This document shows, in pieces, positions 28,302-37,646 of a stretch of 41,703 nt of DNA. Position 1 is the stretch's first letter, and the number at the start of each line of letters is the position of its first letter. The stretch is from sequence record DRR723986_3509; one strand, 5' to 3'. The position numbers and the translations under genes are program-made. The notes under the pieces are model-generated. The model made no database searches and was not told the origin of the DNA. It worked only from the letters and a program-made list of their open reading frames with translations.

Positions 28302-28589
28302 ATGATACCCGCTGAAGTATTCCTTACCTTTATTCTCATGCTGTCCATATTCCTGGGCTTCGAGCTGATTACCAAGGTGCCCGCGACCCTGCACACGCCG
28401 CTGATGTCTGGCGCTAACGCCATTTCCGGCATTACCGTGGTCGGCGCAGTCGGCCTGGCCGGTACCGGTCAGCAGGACCTGGCCAACTGGCTCGGAGCGG
28501 GGGCTGTCGCCCTGGCCTCGATCAACGTGGTGGGCGGTTACCTGGTAACCGATCGCATGTTGGCGATGTTCAAGAAGAAGGGGAGCTAA
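28302..28589 (+). CDS. pntAB: NAD(P) transhydrogenase alpha-2 subunit (membrane)
   Basis: Motifs KVPATLHTPLMSGANAISG and NVVGGYLVTDRMLAMF. In-frame ATG at 28302 after a GGAG RBS (95 aa). Confidence 0.92.
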   Translation: MIPAEVFLTFILMLSIFLGFELITKVPATLHTPLMSGANAISGITVVGAVGLAGTGQQDLANWLGAGAVALASINVVGGYLVTDRMLAMFKKKGS

Positions 28590-28592
28590 GCC

Positions 28593-29948
28593 ATGGATAC
28601 CCTGATTCAATTTGGTTACATCGTTTCCGCGGCCCTGTTTATCCTGGGCCTCAAGCAACTGGGCTCACCTGCTACCGCACGCCGGGGCAACATGATCTCC
28701 TCTATGGGCATGCTGCTCGCTATCGTGGCGGCGCTGCTGGACCAGGGGATCGTAGATTACAAGTTCATCCTGTTGGGCTTTGTCATTGGCGGCGCCATCG
28801 GTGCCGCCGCCGCGCGCCTGGTAGCAATGACCTCCATGCCAGAGATGGTGGCACTGTTTAACGGCTTTGGTGGCATGGCCAGCCTCTTGGTCGGCTGGGC
28901 GGCGCTGTCGCCCACTGCGGGCACTTTCACCCTGGTGACCATTGTGTTGTCGATTCTCATCGGCGGGCTGACCTTCACCGGGTCTCTGGTCGCCTGGGGC
29001 AAGCTGAGTGAAACCATTGGTAGCGGGGCGGTGATGTTTGTCGGCCAGCAGGTGGTCAACAGCTTCATTGTGCTCGGTATTCTGGCCAGCGCCGTGATGT
29101 TCTGCCTGCAGCCAGACCAGTCACAGTGGCTTTACCTGGTGGTGGGCCTGTCCCTGCTGTTCGGGATCATGGCGGTGATACCGATTGGCGGTGCGGATAT
29201 GCCGGTAGTCATTTCGCTGCTGAACTCCTACTCCGGCCTGGCGGCCTGTGCCGCGGGCTTCGCGGTAGACAACAACATCCTGATCGTCGCCGGCTCCCTG
29301 GTGGGTGCCAGCGGGATCATCCTTACCCAGATCATGTGTAAGGCGATGAACCGCTCCCTGTCCAACGTCCTGTTCTCCGGCTTTGGCAGTGGCAAGGTCG
29401 AGACCACGGAAGTGGAGGGCGAGATCAAGCCGATCAGCGTCGAGGATGCCTATTACGTGCTGGAAGCGGCCAGCAATGTGGCGGTCATCCCCGGCTACGG
29501 CATGGCGGTAGCCCAGGCCCAGCACGTGGTGAAGGAACTGTGCGAGCTGCTGGAGCAGAACGGCGCCGAGGTCAATTTCGGTATTCACCCGGTCGCAGGG
29601 CGTATGCCCGGGCACATGAACGTGCTGTTGGCGGAGGCTGACGTACCTTATGACCAGCTGCTGGAGATGGATGACATCAACCCGCGGATGGAAAACGTGG
29701 ACGTGGCCATTGTCATCGGTGCCAACGATGTGGTGAACCCGGCGGCGCGGGAGTCTGAATCCTCGCCAATCTACGGTATGCCGGTGATCAACGTCGACCA
29801 GGCAAGAACAGTGTTCGTTCTCAAGCGCTCCATGGCTTCCGGCTTCGCCGGCATCGAGAACCCCTTGTTCTACAAGGAAAACACCCGGATGTTGTTCGGC
29901 GACGCGAAGGAGTCGATCGGCGGCCTGATCCGGGAGTTCGGTTCCTGA
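28593..29948 (+). CDS. pntB: NAD(P) transhydrogenase beta subunit
   Basis: Motifs MTSMPEMVALFNG, GGADMPVVISLLNSYSG, PGYGMAVAQAQ, HPVAGRMPGHMNV and GANDVVNPAA. Confidence 0.96.
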   Translation: MDTLIQFGYIVSAALFILGLKQLGSPATARRGNMISSMGMLLAIVAALLDQGIVDYKFILLGFVIGGAIGAAAARLVAMTSMPEMVALFNGFGGMASLLVGWAALSPTAGTFTLVTIVLSILIGGLTFTGSLVAWGKLSETIGSGAVMFVGQQVVNSFIVLGILASAVMFCLQPDQSQWLYLVVGLSLLFGIMAVIPIGGADMPVVISLLNSYSGLAACAAGFAVDNNILIVAGSLVGASGIILTQIMCKAMNRSLSNVLFSGFGSGKVETTEVEGEIKPISVEDAYYVLEAASNVAVIPGYGMAVAQAQHVVKELCELLEQNGAEVNFGIHPVAGRMPGHMNVLLAEADVPYDQLLEMDDINPRMENVDVAIVIGANDVVNPAARESESSPIYGMPVINVDQARTVFVLKRSMASGFAGIENPLFYKENTRMLFGDAKESIGGLIREFGS

Positions 29949-29974
29949 CCCCGGGTAGACAGTGAAATACCCTC

Positions 29975-29999
29975 AACGCCGGCTGCTGCCGGCGTTTTT
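29975..29999 (+). terminator. Rho-independent terminator of the pnt operon
   Basis: Hairpin AACGCCGGC-tgct-GCCGGCGTT followed by TTT. Confidence 0.75.
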
Positions 30000-30159
30000 G
30001 TGTCCGCAGCGCCACCAGGGGGTGATATTGCGCTGCCGGTTCAGAAAATCGTTCCCCGGCAGAGCTTGAGCCCGCCATGAGCCGGATCAATGACCTGGGC
30101 CGGTGGACAGGCTAGGCTCAGGGCCTATGCTGGGCAAATTTGTGGATGGAACAGAGGCT

Positions 30160-31104
30160 ATGGCCGGAAAAACAAACACTTCAGCTTATGACAAGTCCGC
30201 CTGGGACAAGCCCCCGAAAACAGCGTCGAAAAAGCCGGAAGCGCCGATGATCAGCGCCCTGCGGGCGGAGCATCGGCACATGGCCTCGGTGATGGAGCTG
30301 ATGTCGACCCAGCTCGATGCAGTCGAGCGGGGCGATCTGGTGGATACCCATGTTCTGTACGAGATCATGCATTACATGGTGACCTGGCCTGACCAGTTCC
30401 ACCACCCGCGCGAGGACCTGATCTACGGTCGGGTCGCGGAGCTCGATGCCAACGCGGCGGACAATGTGGATAGCCTGCAACGGGAACACGATGACATGGC
30501 CAAGCGCGGTCGCAAGCTGCTGGCTGATATCGAGGGCTGGCGCGAGGGCTCTGCGAGCGGCACTCTGGTGGTCAAGAACGGGCGGGACTATGTGCAGCGC
30601 ACTTACCGCCACATGAATACCGAGGAGAAACTGGTTTTCCCCCAGATTCAGGAGGTGCTGACCACCTCGGACTGGCGTGAGCTGGCGGAGGATGACCAGC
30701 TGAAGCCCGTAGGTGACCCGGTCTTCGGCGCCCGGGTCCAGCGGGAGTTCCGCAACCTGGCGCGCAAGCTGCGCCGCGGCGTGCGCCGGTCCGTCGAGCG
30801 GGGCACCATGGCCGAGTGGGTCGGCATTGAGGCCCTGATGGAGTCGGTGGAGGTCCTGTCGATGGCGGTGGACAACGGCCGCGGTCTGGCTGGAGATCAC
30901 GTGCGCGCGGCCTGGGAAGAGTCCGTGGATATTATTCGCGATACCCCGTTCACTGCGCCCGTGCGCTGCGCGGTCAACAACACCCGGATCAGCTTTAACC
31001 TGCTGGGTGACCTGTTTGAAGTGTCCCGTGACGCCCTGGAGGACCTGTCGCGGGTCAACCAGGAGCGGAGAGACCGGATCCGGCTACTGGATCAGGGCCG
31101 CTAG
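30160..31104 (+). CDS. Hemerythrin (HHE) domain protein with a C-terminal helical extension
   Basis: Di-iron pattern LRAEH, HHPREDLIY, LQREH and HMNTEEKLVFP. Start placed at ATG 30160 after AGAGG. Confidence 0.82.
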   Translation: MAGKTNTSAYDKSAWDKPPKTASKKPEAPMISALRAEHRHMASVMELMSTQLDAVERGDLVDTHVLYEIMHYMVTWPDQFHHPREDLIYGRVAELDANAADNVDSLQREHDDMAKRGRKLLADIEGWREGSASGTLVVKNGRDYVQRTYRHMNTEEKLVFPQIQEVLTTSDWRELAEDDQLKPVGDPVFGARVQREFRNLARKLRRGVRRSVERGTMAEWVGIEALMESVEVLSMAVDNGRGLAGDHVRAAWEESVDIIRDTPFTAPVRCAVNNTRISFNLLGDLFEVSRDALEDLSRVNQERRDRIRLLDQGR

Positions 31105-32866
31105 CGCTGCCACCGGCAAGCGGTTCATCCCTGAATTGCAGGCTGGCCAGCCTGGCGTAGAGTGGACAGCTGCGCAGCAGCTGCTGGTGGGTTCCCCTGG
31201 CCACCACCGCCCCCTGGTCGAGCACCGCGATCTGGTCGGCATGGAGAATCGTCGACAGCCGATGGGCGATGATCACCGTGGTGCGGTTGTGCATCAATTC
31301 CTGTAGCGCCAGCTGTACCTGGTGTTCACTTTCAGTATCCAGCGCACTGGTTGCCTCATCCAGCAGCAGGATGCGCGGGTCGTTGAGAAACGCCCGGGCC
31401 AGGGCGATGCGCTGGCGCTGACCACCTGAAAGCCGCACGCCCTGTTCCCCCAGGTGACTGGCATAAGTGTCGGGCAGACGCATGATGAAGTCGTGGCAGT
31501 GGGCTGCCTTGGCCGCGGCGACGACCTCCTCGTCGCTGGCCTCCGGTCTGCCATAGGCGATGTTGTAACGCACGTCGGCGGTGAACAGGGCCGGTTGCTG
31601 TGGTACCAGGGCGGTTTGCTGCCGGAGCTGGGCCAGGCTGATACCGCGAATATCGCGCCCATCGAGCAGGATGCTGCCTTCCTGCGGATCATAGAAGCGC
31701 TGCAGCAACTCAAAGACGGTTGATTTCCCGGCCCCCGAGGGTCCCACCAGGGCCAGACTCTTACCGGCTTCAATATCCAGGGACAGTTTGCGCAGCGCCG
31801 GCTGGTCGGGGCGCGTTGGATAGGCGAAGGTGATGTTGCGCAAATCGATTCTCGGCCGTAGCCCGGGGATTTCTGCGCCGCCCGGATCGCTTATATCACT
31901 GTGGGTATCCAGCAGGTCCAGCAGTCGCTCGGCGGCCCCGGCGGCACGCTGCAACTCGCCCCAGACCTCGGAGATGGTTGCGAAGCCACTGCCGACCATG
32001 ATCGCGTAGAAGGCGAAGGCGCCAAGCTGGCCACCGGTCATCTGGCCGCTGATAACGTCCTGGCCCCCGGACCACATCATGCCGCTCATGCCGGCGAACA
32101 GCAGCAGGATGGCGCCGCAGATCAGCAGGGAGCGCTGCCAGATGCGCCGGCGGGCGATAGCAAATGCCCGCTCCACCTCGGCGTCGAAGGCGCGGGTCTC
32201 GAAGTCTTCCTGGGTGTAACTCTGTACCACCTTGATGTGCTGGATAATCTCGCCGGCATAGCTGCCGACGCTGGCGATACTGTCCTGGCTCTGGTTGGAC
32301 AGGTTGCGCACCCGGCGGCCGAAGACGAGGATCGGCAGCAGCACCAGCGGTACGCTGGCGGTGATGATCAGGCTCAGCTTCAGGTTGGTGATAAACATCA
32401 TTACCAGGGCGCCGGTCAGGGTCAGGCTGGAACGCAGGGCCATGCTGAAAGAGGAGCCGATGATGGTTTGCAGCAAGGTCGTGTCGGTGGTGAGGCGGGA
32501 CATGATTTCCCCCGACCGGTTGGTTTCAAAGTAGCCGGGGTGCAGGCGCACGACATTGTTGAATACCGCCTTGCGGATATCGGCGCTGACTCGCTCCCCG
32601 AGCCAGGAAACCAGGTAAAACCGGATGAAGGTGCCGATGGCAATCGCCGCGCTGATGGTCAGCATCAGGGCGATCGCTGAGCGCAGCTCCGCCTGGCTGC
32701 TGCCGCCGAAACCCTGGTCGATCAGTACCTGCAGGCCCTTGCCGAGGGAGAGGGTGGCCGCAGCAGTGAACAGCAGGGCCAGGCCGGCCGCCAGCAAACG
32801 CCCCTTATAGGGCTTGAGGAAGCCGAGAACCGATCGTAGGGGCGCAAGGCTGCGGCGTTTTGCCAT
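31055..32866 (-). CDS. ABC exporter with fused permease and ATPase (MsbA/MdlB-like)
   Basis: Six-TM region with LGERVSADIR, Walker A GPSGAGKS, signature LSGGQRQR, LLLDEATSALD and IAHRLST. Confidence 0.93.
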   Translation of the reverse strand: MAKRRSLAPLRSVLGFLKPYKGRLLAAGLALLFTAAATLSLGKGLQVLIDQGFGGSSQAELRSAIALMLTISAAIAIGTFIRFYLVSWLGERVSADIRKAVFNNVVRLHPGYFETNRSGEIMSRLTTDTTLLQTIIGSSFSMALRSSLTLTGALVMMFITNLKLSLIITASVPLVLLPILVFGRRVRNLSNQSQDSIASVGSYAGEIIQHIKVVQSYTQEDFETRAFDAEVERAFAIARRRIWQRSLLICGAILLLFAGMSGMMWSGGQDVISGQMTGGQLGAFAFYAIMVGSGFATISEVWGELQRAAGAAERLLDLLDTHSDISDPGGAEIPGLRPRIDLRNITFAYPTRPDQPALRKLSLDIEAGKSLALVGPSGAGKSTVFELLQRFYDPQEGSILLDGRDIRGISLAQLRQQTALVPQQPALFTADVRYNIAYGRPEASDEEVVAAAKAAHCHDFIMRLPDTYASHLGEQGVRLSGGQRQRIALARAFLNDPRILLLDEATSALDTESEHQVQLALQELMHNRTTVIIAHRLSTILHADQIAVLDQGAVVARGTHQQLLRSCPLYARLASLQFRDEPLAGGSASGPDPVAGSGLSAPG

Positions 32867-34689
32867 CAGCTGTCCTGCTTGGCTGCCGGATACGCCAGCT
32901 GTCCGGCCATGCCGGCTTTTTCTTCGCTGCTGAAATCAGGGAATGGCATACGGTCCTGCTCCCGCCACTCGGCCAGGGTGGCCTCGATTTCCGCCATCTT
33001 GGTTTCTGATGCCTGGTAAAACTCGCGCACTTGCAGCACCTGGCCGGGGCCACTGAATACGGCGCCAGAGGAATGGACCAGATCGACAATCCTCAGGTTC
33101 AGGTCCTCGGCGATTGCCAGGTATTCCTGGAAGTCCTGGGTCGTAATACCGGCGTCGATGCGAATAACCGCCGTTGCCGCATCGATCCGCTCGAAGCGTA
33201 CGCTGGCGGTATCCTGTGACACCATGGCATGGGTATAGAACAGTTCGCGCAGGCGGCCGAGGAGCACCCTGAGCTGGTTTGCCGTGGACATTTGCAGCTG
33301 CATTTCGCGGTAGTAGCGCACCCGGTCCCGGGAGCTGTAGTTCTCCACCTCGACGGAAGAAAATATCGAGTTGGGGATGATCAGCAAGGTGCGGTTCATG
33401 GTGCGGATGATCGTGGAGCGCAGGCCGATTTGCTCTACCGTACCCTTGACCGTGCCGAAACGGCAGAAGTCCCCGGGCTTGACCGGCTGGGCGGTGTACA
33501 GGGTGATCGCCCCGATGACATTCTCCAGGGTTTTCTGTGCCGCAAGGGCAACCGCGAGACTGCCCACCCCGAGTCCGGCGAGAATCGTCGACATGTTATA
33601 GCCCGCCTGGTCCGCCCAGAACAGGGCGACCACGGCGAGGAACAGGAACTTGAAGATGGTGGTAAAGGGCCGCAACAGGGCCGCATAGTGGGCTTTGCCA
33701 TTGCGCTCCAGTTTGCGAATCTGGTAGTCGCGCACCAGGGAGATGATGCCCAGTGCAAGAACGCTGTAGGCGATGTAATCAACGCCCGAAGACTCCAGGT
33801 ACACCCGCGCGGTCAGGGACAAGCCGAGCTGGTTAATCAGTATCCGGGCGATCGCGATAAACAGGAAGAAGCGCACCGATACCCGGAAGAAGCGCTTGAT
33901 GCCCAGCGGGAAGTCGTTCGGTGCCAGCAGCGCCACCCGCATCAGCAGGTAGCTGGCCAGGGCCGCCAGCGGCCAGGCAATGACGAAGAACAGGACGGTA
34001 GCCGCCAGCTGCCAGTTGTCCATGCCCATGAAGCTGACTTCCGGCAACAGTCGGCTGATATAGATCGCGACCGGGCTGTAACCCAGTTCCTGCCACATTT
34101 CGGGAATACGGGCGACGGTGGCGTTGGAGACCTTCCAGACTTTGCCGCCGGCGCCATCCGGCACCCGCTGCAGGTAAATCGGTACCTCACCGCTGCTGAT
34201 GGTCACCGTGCCAATCTGGTCGCGGTAACGCGGCAGGCCATCTTCAAGATTACCTTCCGGCGCATCGCTGAGCTGGTTGATATCGATAATATTCTGCTGA
34301 CCGAATACGTAGGCCAGGGCGGTGAGCAACTCTTCTGCCGTGTGCTCACTCAGTTCATCGGGCAGGTAACGCATATCGAGGTAATGTTCGGCCCGGTCAT
34401 GGCGTTTGGCCCGGATGTCGGCGCGCAGGGCCAGCATTGCTTCCAGCGGAGTCTGCCCAGCCAGGGTACCGGTGTGATTGTTCCGGGTTTTTTCCTGGGC
34501 CAGCTGCTCGGCTTTCTTGTCCGACTCGAGCAGCTCGCGCATCGATGCGTCAGCTTCCCGCAGGTCCTGGGACAGGGCGAGCTGCGATGACAGGGCGACT
34601 AACAGCACGGCCAGCAGCACACAGAGATCAACAAGTTTGACTGAGCGATTATTCATAGCGGGGAGGTGTGCCTGGTTCGGAACTCGCAT
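32866..34689 (-). CDS. MscS-family mechanosensitive channel with a large periplasmic N-terminal domain
   Basis: Motifs ILAGLGVGSLAVALAAQKTLEN, GTVEQIGLRST and IPNS. Signal-peptide-like N-terminus. Alternative start at 34656. Confidence 0.88.
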   Translation of the reverse strand: MRVPNQAHLPAMNNRSVKLVDLCVLLAVLLVALSSQLALSQDLREADASMRELLESDKKAEQLAQEKTRNNHTGTLAGQTPLEAMLALRADIRAKRHDRAEHYLDMRYLPDELSEHTAEELLTALAYVFGQQNIIDINQLSDAPEGNLEDGLPRYRDQIGTVTISSGEVPIYLQRVPDGAGGKVWKVSNATVARIPEMWQELGYSPVAIYISRLLPEVSFMGMDNWQLAATVLFFVIAWPLAALASYLLMRVALLAPNDFPLGIKRFFRVSVRFFLFIAIARILINQLGLSLTARVYLESSGVDYIAYSVLALGIISLVRDYQIRKLERNGKAHYAALLRPFTTIFKFLFLAVVALFWADQAGYNMSTILAGLGVGSLAVALAAQKTLENVIGAITLYTAQPVKPGDFCRFGTVKGTVEQIGLRSTIIRTMNRTLLIIPNSIFSSVEVENYSSRDRVRYYREMQLQMSTANQLRVLLGRLRELFYTHAMVSQDTASVRFERIDAATAVIRIDAGITTQDFQEYLAIAEDLNLRIVDLVHSSGAVFSGPGQVLQVREFYQASETKMAEIEATLAEWREQDRMPFPDFSSEEKAGMAGQLAYPAAKQDS

Positions 34690-34741
34690 GGTAGTGTAAT
34701 TGCTCTACTTACAGATGGATACACGGTGCGGGGAAGGGCGT

Positions 34742-35500
34742 ATGACCGGCAAGTTCGAGAACAAGGTGGTAATCATTACCGGTGGCAGTCGCGGCCTGGG
34801 CCGGGCAATGTCTACCGGCTTTGCAGCGGAAGGCGCAAAAGTCGTGGTTGCCAGCCGCAAGCTGGACGCCTGCCAGGCGGTGGTTGATGAAATCCGGGCG
34901 GCGGGGGGAGAGGCGCTGGCCTGTGCCGCTCACATGGGCAGTATGGATGACCTGGACCGGTTGATAGCGTCCGCCTATGAGTGCTTTGGCCGGGTCGATA
35001 TCCTGGTCAACAATGCCGGGATCAATATCGGCATGACGCCGCTCGCCGATACCAGTACCGAGGTGTTCGACAAGATGGTGGACGTCAACCTGAAAGGACC
35101 GTGGTACCTGGCGTCGCGTCTGGCGCCGCGGATGGGTGAACAGGGCGGCGGCTGCGTGATTAATCTTCTGTCGGTGGCCGCGCTGGTGACCCCGGCCTAT
35201 ATGGGGATGTATGCCGCCACCAAGGCGGCACTGGGAGCGCTGACTGAAGTGATGGCGCAGGAGTGGGCGAGCTGGAATATCCGGGTCAATGCACTGGCTC
35301 CCGGGAGCTATCACTCGGACCTGACTGACGGTGCGATTTCGGCGATCCCCGGCTACGAGAAAGGTATGGTCGATGCTGCGCTGATTCCGCGCATTGCCGC
35401 TACCGAAGAGATTCTTAACCCGGTGTTTTACCTCGCCTCGGAATCCTATACCACGGGAATTACCCTGGTCGCCGATGGCGGCTTGATGGCCAAGCGCTAG
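34742..35500 (+). CDS. Short-chain dehydrogenase/reductase
   Basis: Motifs TGGSRGLG, NNAG, catalytic YAATK and IRVNALAPG. Start placed at ATG 34742. Confidence 0.92.
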   Translation: MTGKFENKVVIITGGSRGLGRAMSTGFAAEGAKVVVASRKLDACQAVVDEIRAAGGEALACAAHMGSMDDLDRLIASAYECFGRVDILVNNAGINIGMTPLADTSTEVFDKMVDVNLKGPWYLASRLAPRMGEQGGGCVINLLSVAALVTPAYMGMYAATKAALGALTEVMAQEWASWNIRVNALAPGSYHSDLTDGAISAIPGYEKGMVDAALIPRIAATEEILNPVFYLASESYTTGITLVADGGLMAKR

Positions 35501-36280
35501 CTAGGGCTGGCTCTCCTCTTTCGCTTGATCCTCGGCCTCAGCCTCGCTGCTGCGGGCCTGGATCATGCGTCCGAAGAACACCCCGATCTCAAACAGTATC
35601 CACATCGGAATAGCCAGCAGTGACTGCGAGATCACGTCGGGAGGCGTCAGCAGCATGCCGAAGACGAAGCAGCCGACGATAATGTAAGGGCGTTTGCGCG
35701 CCAGGTCGTCGGGAGTGGTGATGCCGGCCCAGATCAGGATGACCGCGGCGATCGGTATCTCGAAGGCAATACCGAAAGCGAAGAACAGCTTCAGCACGAA
35801 ATCGAGATACCGGTTGATGTCGGTCATGATCGCGATGTCATCGGGGCCGACGCTGGTGAAGAAAGCGAAGATCAGCGGAAATACCACGAAGTAGGCAAAG
35901 GCTGCCCCGGCGTAGAACAGCAGGACGCTGGAGACCAGCAGCGGTATGGCCAGGCGTTTTTCCTTCTTGTACATGCCCGGCGCGATGAAGCTCCACACCT
36001 GGTACAGCACGACGGGGATGGCGACAAAGATGGCAGCAACCAGGGTCAGCTTGAACGGGGTCAGGAAGGGCGATGCGACCTCGGTGGCAATCATCGTTGC
36101 GCCTTCGGGCAGGATGGCGCGCAAGGGTTTGGAGACGAACGCGTAAATATCATTGGCAAAGGGGAACAGGCCGATGAACACGATGAGTACGGCCAGCAGC
36201 GCCCGCAGCAGCCGATCGCGCAGTTCGGTGAGGTGGGCGACCAGCGGCTGAGGCTGGTCCAGTTCGTCCTGTTCGCTCAC
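35501..36280 (-). CDS. tatC: Twin-arginine translocase subunit TatC
   Basis: Motifs [24 protein letters not shown] and LTPPDVISQ. Confidence 0.96.
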   Translation of the reverse strand: MSEQDELDQPQPLVAHLTELRDRLLRALLAVLIVFIGLFPFANDIYAFVSKPLRAILPEGATMIATEVASPFLTPFKLTLVAAIFVAIPVVLYQVWSFIAPGMYKKEKRLAIPLLVSSVLLFYAGAAFAYFVVFPLIFAFFTSVGPDDIAIMTDINRYLDFVLKLFFAFGIAFEIPIAAVILIWAGITTPDDLARKRPYIIVGCFVFGMLLTPPDVISQSLLAIPMWILFEIGVFFGRMIQARSSEAEAEDQAKEESQP

Positions 36281-36621
36281 GGTTTGTCTGCCGGCGCGTC
36301 GGCGGCTGATTCAGGGGCTGTGGCCGGGTCCTGGGTTGGCGGAACTGCGAGCGGGTCGATGCTGCCCGCGGCGCGCTCAAGGTCACTGCGCACCCTGGTG
36401 GATTGCTGCTTGATCTGTTCGCTGGTTTTGCGGAGTTCCTGCATCACGGCATCGTTATGCAGTTCCTGCTCGACCTCCTGGCGGATTTCATTGAAGCTGC
36501 GCTTGAAGCGGCCCAGCCACACGCTGACCGTGCGGATAGCCCCCGGCAGGCGCTCGGGACCGATCACCAGCAGGCTGACCACCGCAATGATGACCAGTTC
36601 GGCAAAACCGATATCGAACAT
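36277..36621 (-). CDS. tatB: Twin-arginine translocase subunit TatB
   Basis: N-terminus MFDIGFAEL...GPERLP. Confidence 0.95.
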   Translation of the reverse strand: MFDIGFAELVIIAVVSLLVIGPERLPGAIRTVSVWLGRFKRSFNEIRQEVEQELHNDAVMQELRKTSEQIKQQSTRVRSDLERAAGSIDPLAVPPTQDPATAPESAADAPADKP

Positions 36622-36630
36622 CGCGGGGGT

Positions 36631-36852
36631 TTACTTGTCCTTGTCCTGCTCGGCCGCGGTCTGGGCCTGTGCGGCCGCGTCCTCGGGCTTGTTCTCGTCC
36701 TGCGCCGGTTCGTCCTGGATGCTCTTGCGGAATCCCTTGACCGCGCTGCCCAGGTCACTGCCCAGGGTGCGCAGGCGCTTGGTGCCAAACAGCATGATGA
36801 CGATGGCCAGGATTATCAGGAGTTGCCAGATACTGATGCCGCCAATGCCCAT
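36631..36852 (-). CDS. tatA: Twin-arginine translocase subunit TatA
   Basis: [11 protein letters not shown]...[21 protein letters not shown]. Confidence 0.95.
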   Translation of the reverse strand: MGIGGISIWQLLIILAIVIMLFGTKRLRTLGSDLGSAVKGFRKSIQDEPAQDENKPEDAAAQAQTAAEQDKDK

Positions 36853-36866
36853 AAAGTTCTCCCGTC

Positions 36867-37202
36867 TCAGTCAGTAGCCTGGCGCGATGCTTTTTCCGCC
36901 AGGCCGGATAAATCAAAACGCTGATGTAAACAGTCCAGCACCTCGTCGATATCGCCGTCGAGGTGGGACAGCATTACCATGCAGTGGAACAGAAGATCGG
37001 CGACCTCGCCGACCAGTGCGTCACGGTTACCCTGCTCGCGGGTGTCCTTCGCCGCCAGGATAACCTCGATCGACTCTTCGCCGACTTTCTCCAGGATCCG
37101 GTTGAGGCCTGCGTGGTGCAGGCTGGCGACGTAGGATTCTCCCGGATCGGCCTCCCGGCGCTGGCGCAGGGTAGCGCTCAATTGTTGCAGAACATCATTC
37201 AT
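36867..37202 (-). CDS. hisE: Phosphoribosyl-ATP diphosphatase
   Basis: Motifs [14 protein letters not shown] and EVADLLFH. Confidence 0.94.
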   Translation of the reverse strand: MNDVLQQLSATLRQRREADPGESYVASLHHAGLNRILEKVGEESIEVILAAKDTREQGNRDALVGEVADLLFHCMVMLSHLDGDIDEVLDCLHQRFDLSGLAEKASRQATD

Positions 37203-37596
37203 CGTACTTTCCGTACATCTCCCCGGGATCGCGCAGCACCGCGTCCGTCACCTGCCACCTTGTGTCTTCCAGCCGGGTGAAAAAGCAGTGGCGGCGGCCT
37301 GTATGGCAGGCAATACCGCCGATTTGCTCGACCTTCAGCAGGATGGTATCGGCATCACAATCGATCCGCAGTTCCCGCAGTCGCTGTACATTGCCCGATT
37401 CCTCGCCCTTGCGCCACAGGGACTTTCGCGAGCGGGACCAGTAGACGGCACGACCTTCCTCGATGGTGCAGGCCAGTGCTTCGCGATTCATCCAGGCCAG
37501 CATCAGCACCTCGCCGGAGGCCCAGTCCTGGGCAATGGCAGGAACGAGGCCCTGCTGGTCCCAGTTCACCGTGTCTGTCAGTGTTGCAGTGTCCAT
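37195..37596 (-). CDS. hisI: Phosphoribosyl-AMP cyclohydrolase
   Basis: Motifs [20 protein letters not shown] and [10 protein letters not shown]. Confidence 0.95.
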   Translation of the reverse strand: MDTATLTDTVNWDQQGLVPAIAQDWASGEVLMLAWMNREALACTIEEGRAVYWSRSRKSLWRKGEESGNVQRLRELRIDCDADTILLKVEQIGGIACHTGRRHCFFTRLEDTRWQVTDAVLRDPGEMYGKYDE

Positions 37597-37646
37597 AGGC
37601 TAGTGCTCCGCAGGGGGAGCATTATCGCACAAGCGATGCCCGCTGA

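Noticed and set aside
28290..28310. Frameshifted pntA pseudogene
   Set aside because: The break falls at the natural alpha1/alpha2 boundary, with an RBS and ATG for the second gene.
30064..30090. A third sigmaE promoter (TGATCC on minus near 30084-30089)
   Set aside because: No CGTA element at 16-nt spacing, and it would point antisense into pntB.
33229..34590. 453-aa plus-strand ORF
   Set aside because: Antisense shadow of the MscS gene.
35497..35504. CTAGCTAG palindrome at the SDR/tatC junction
   Set aside because: Explained by two abutting convergent TAG stop codons. There is no sign of a target-site duplication or mobile element.
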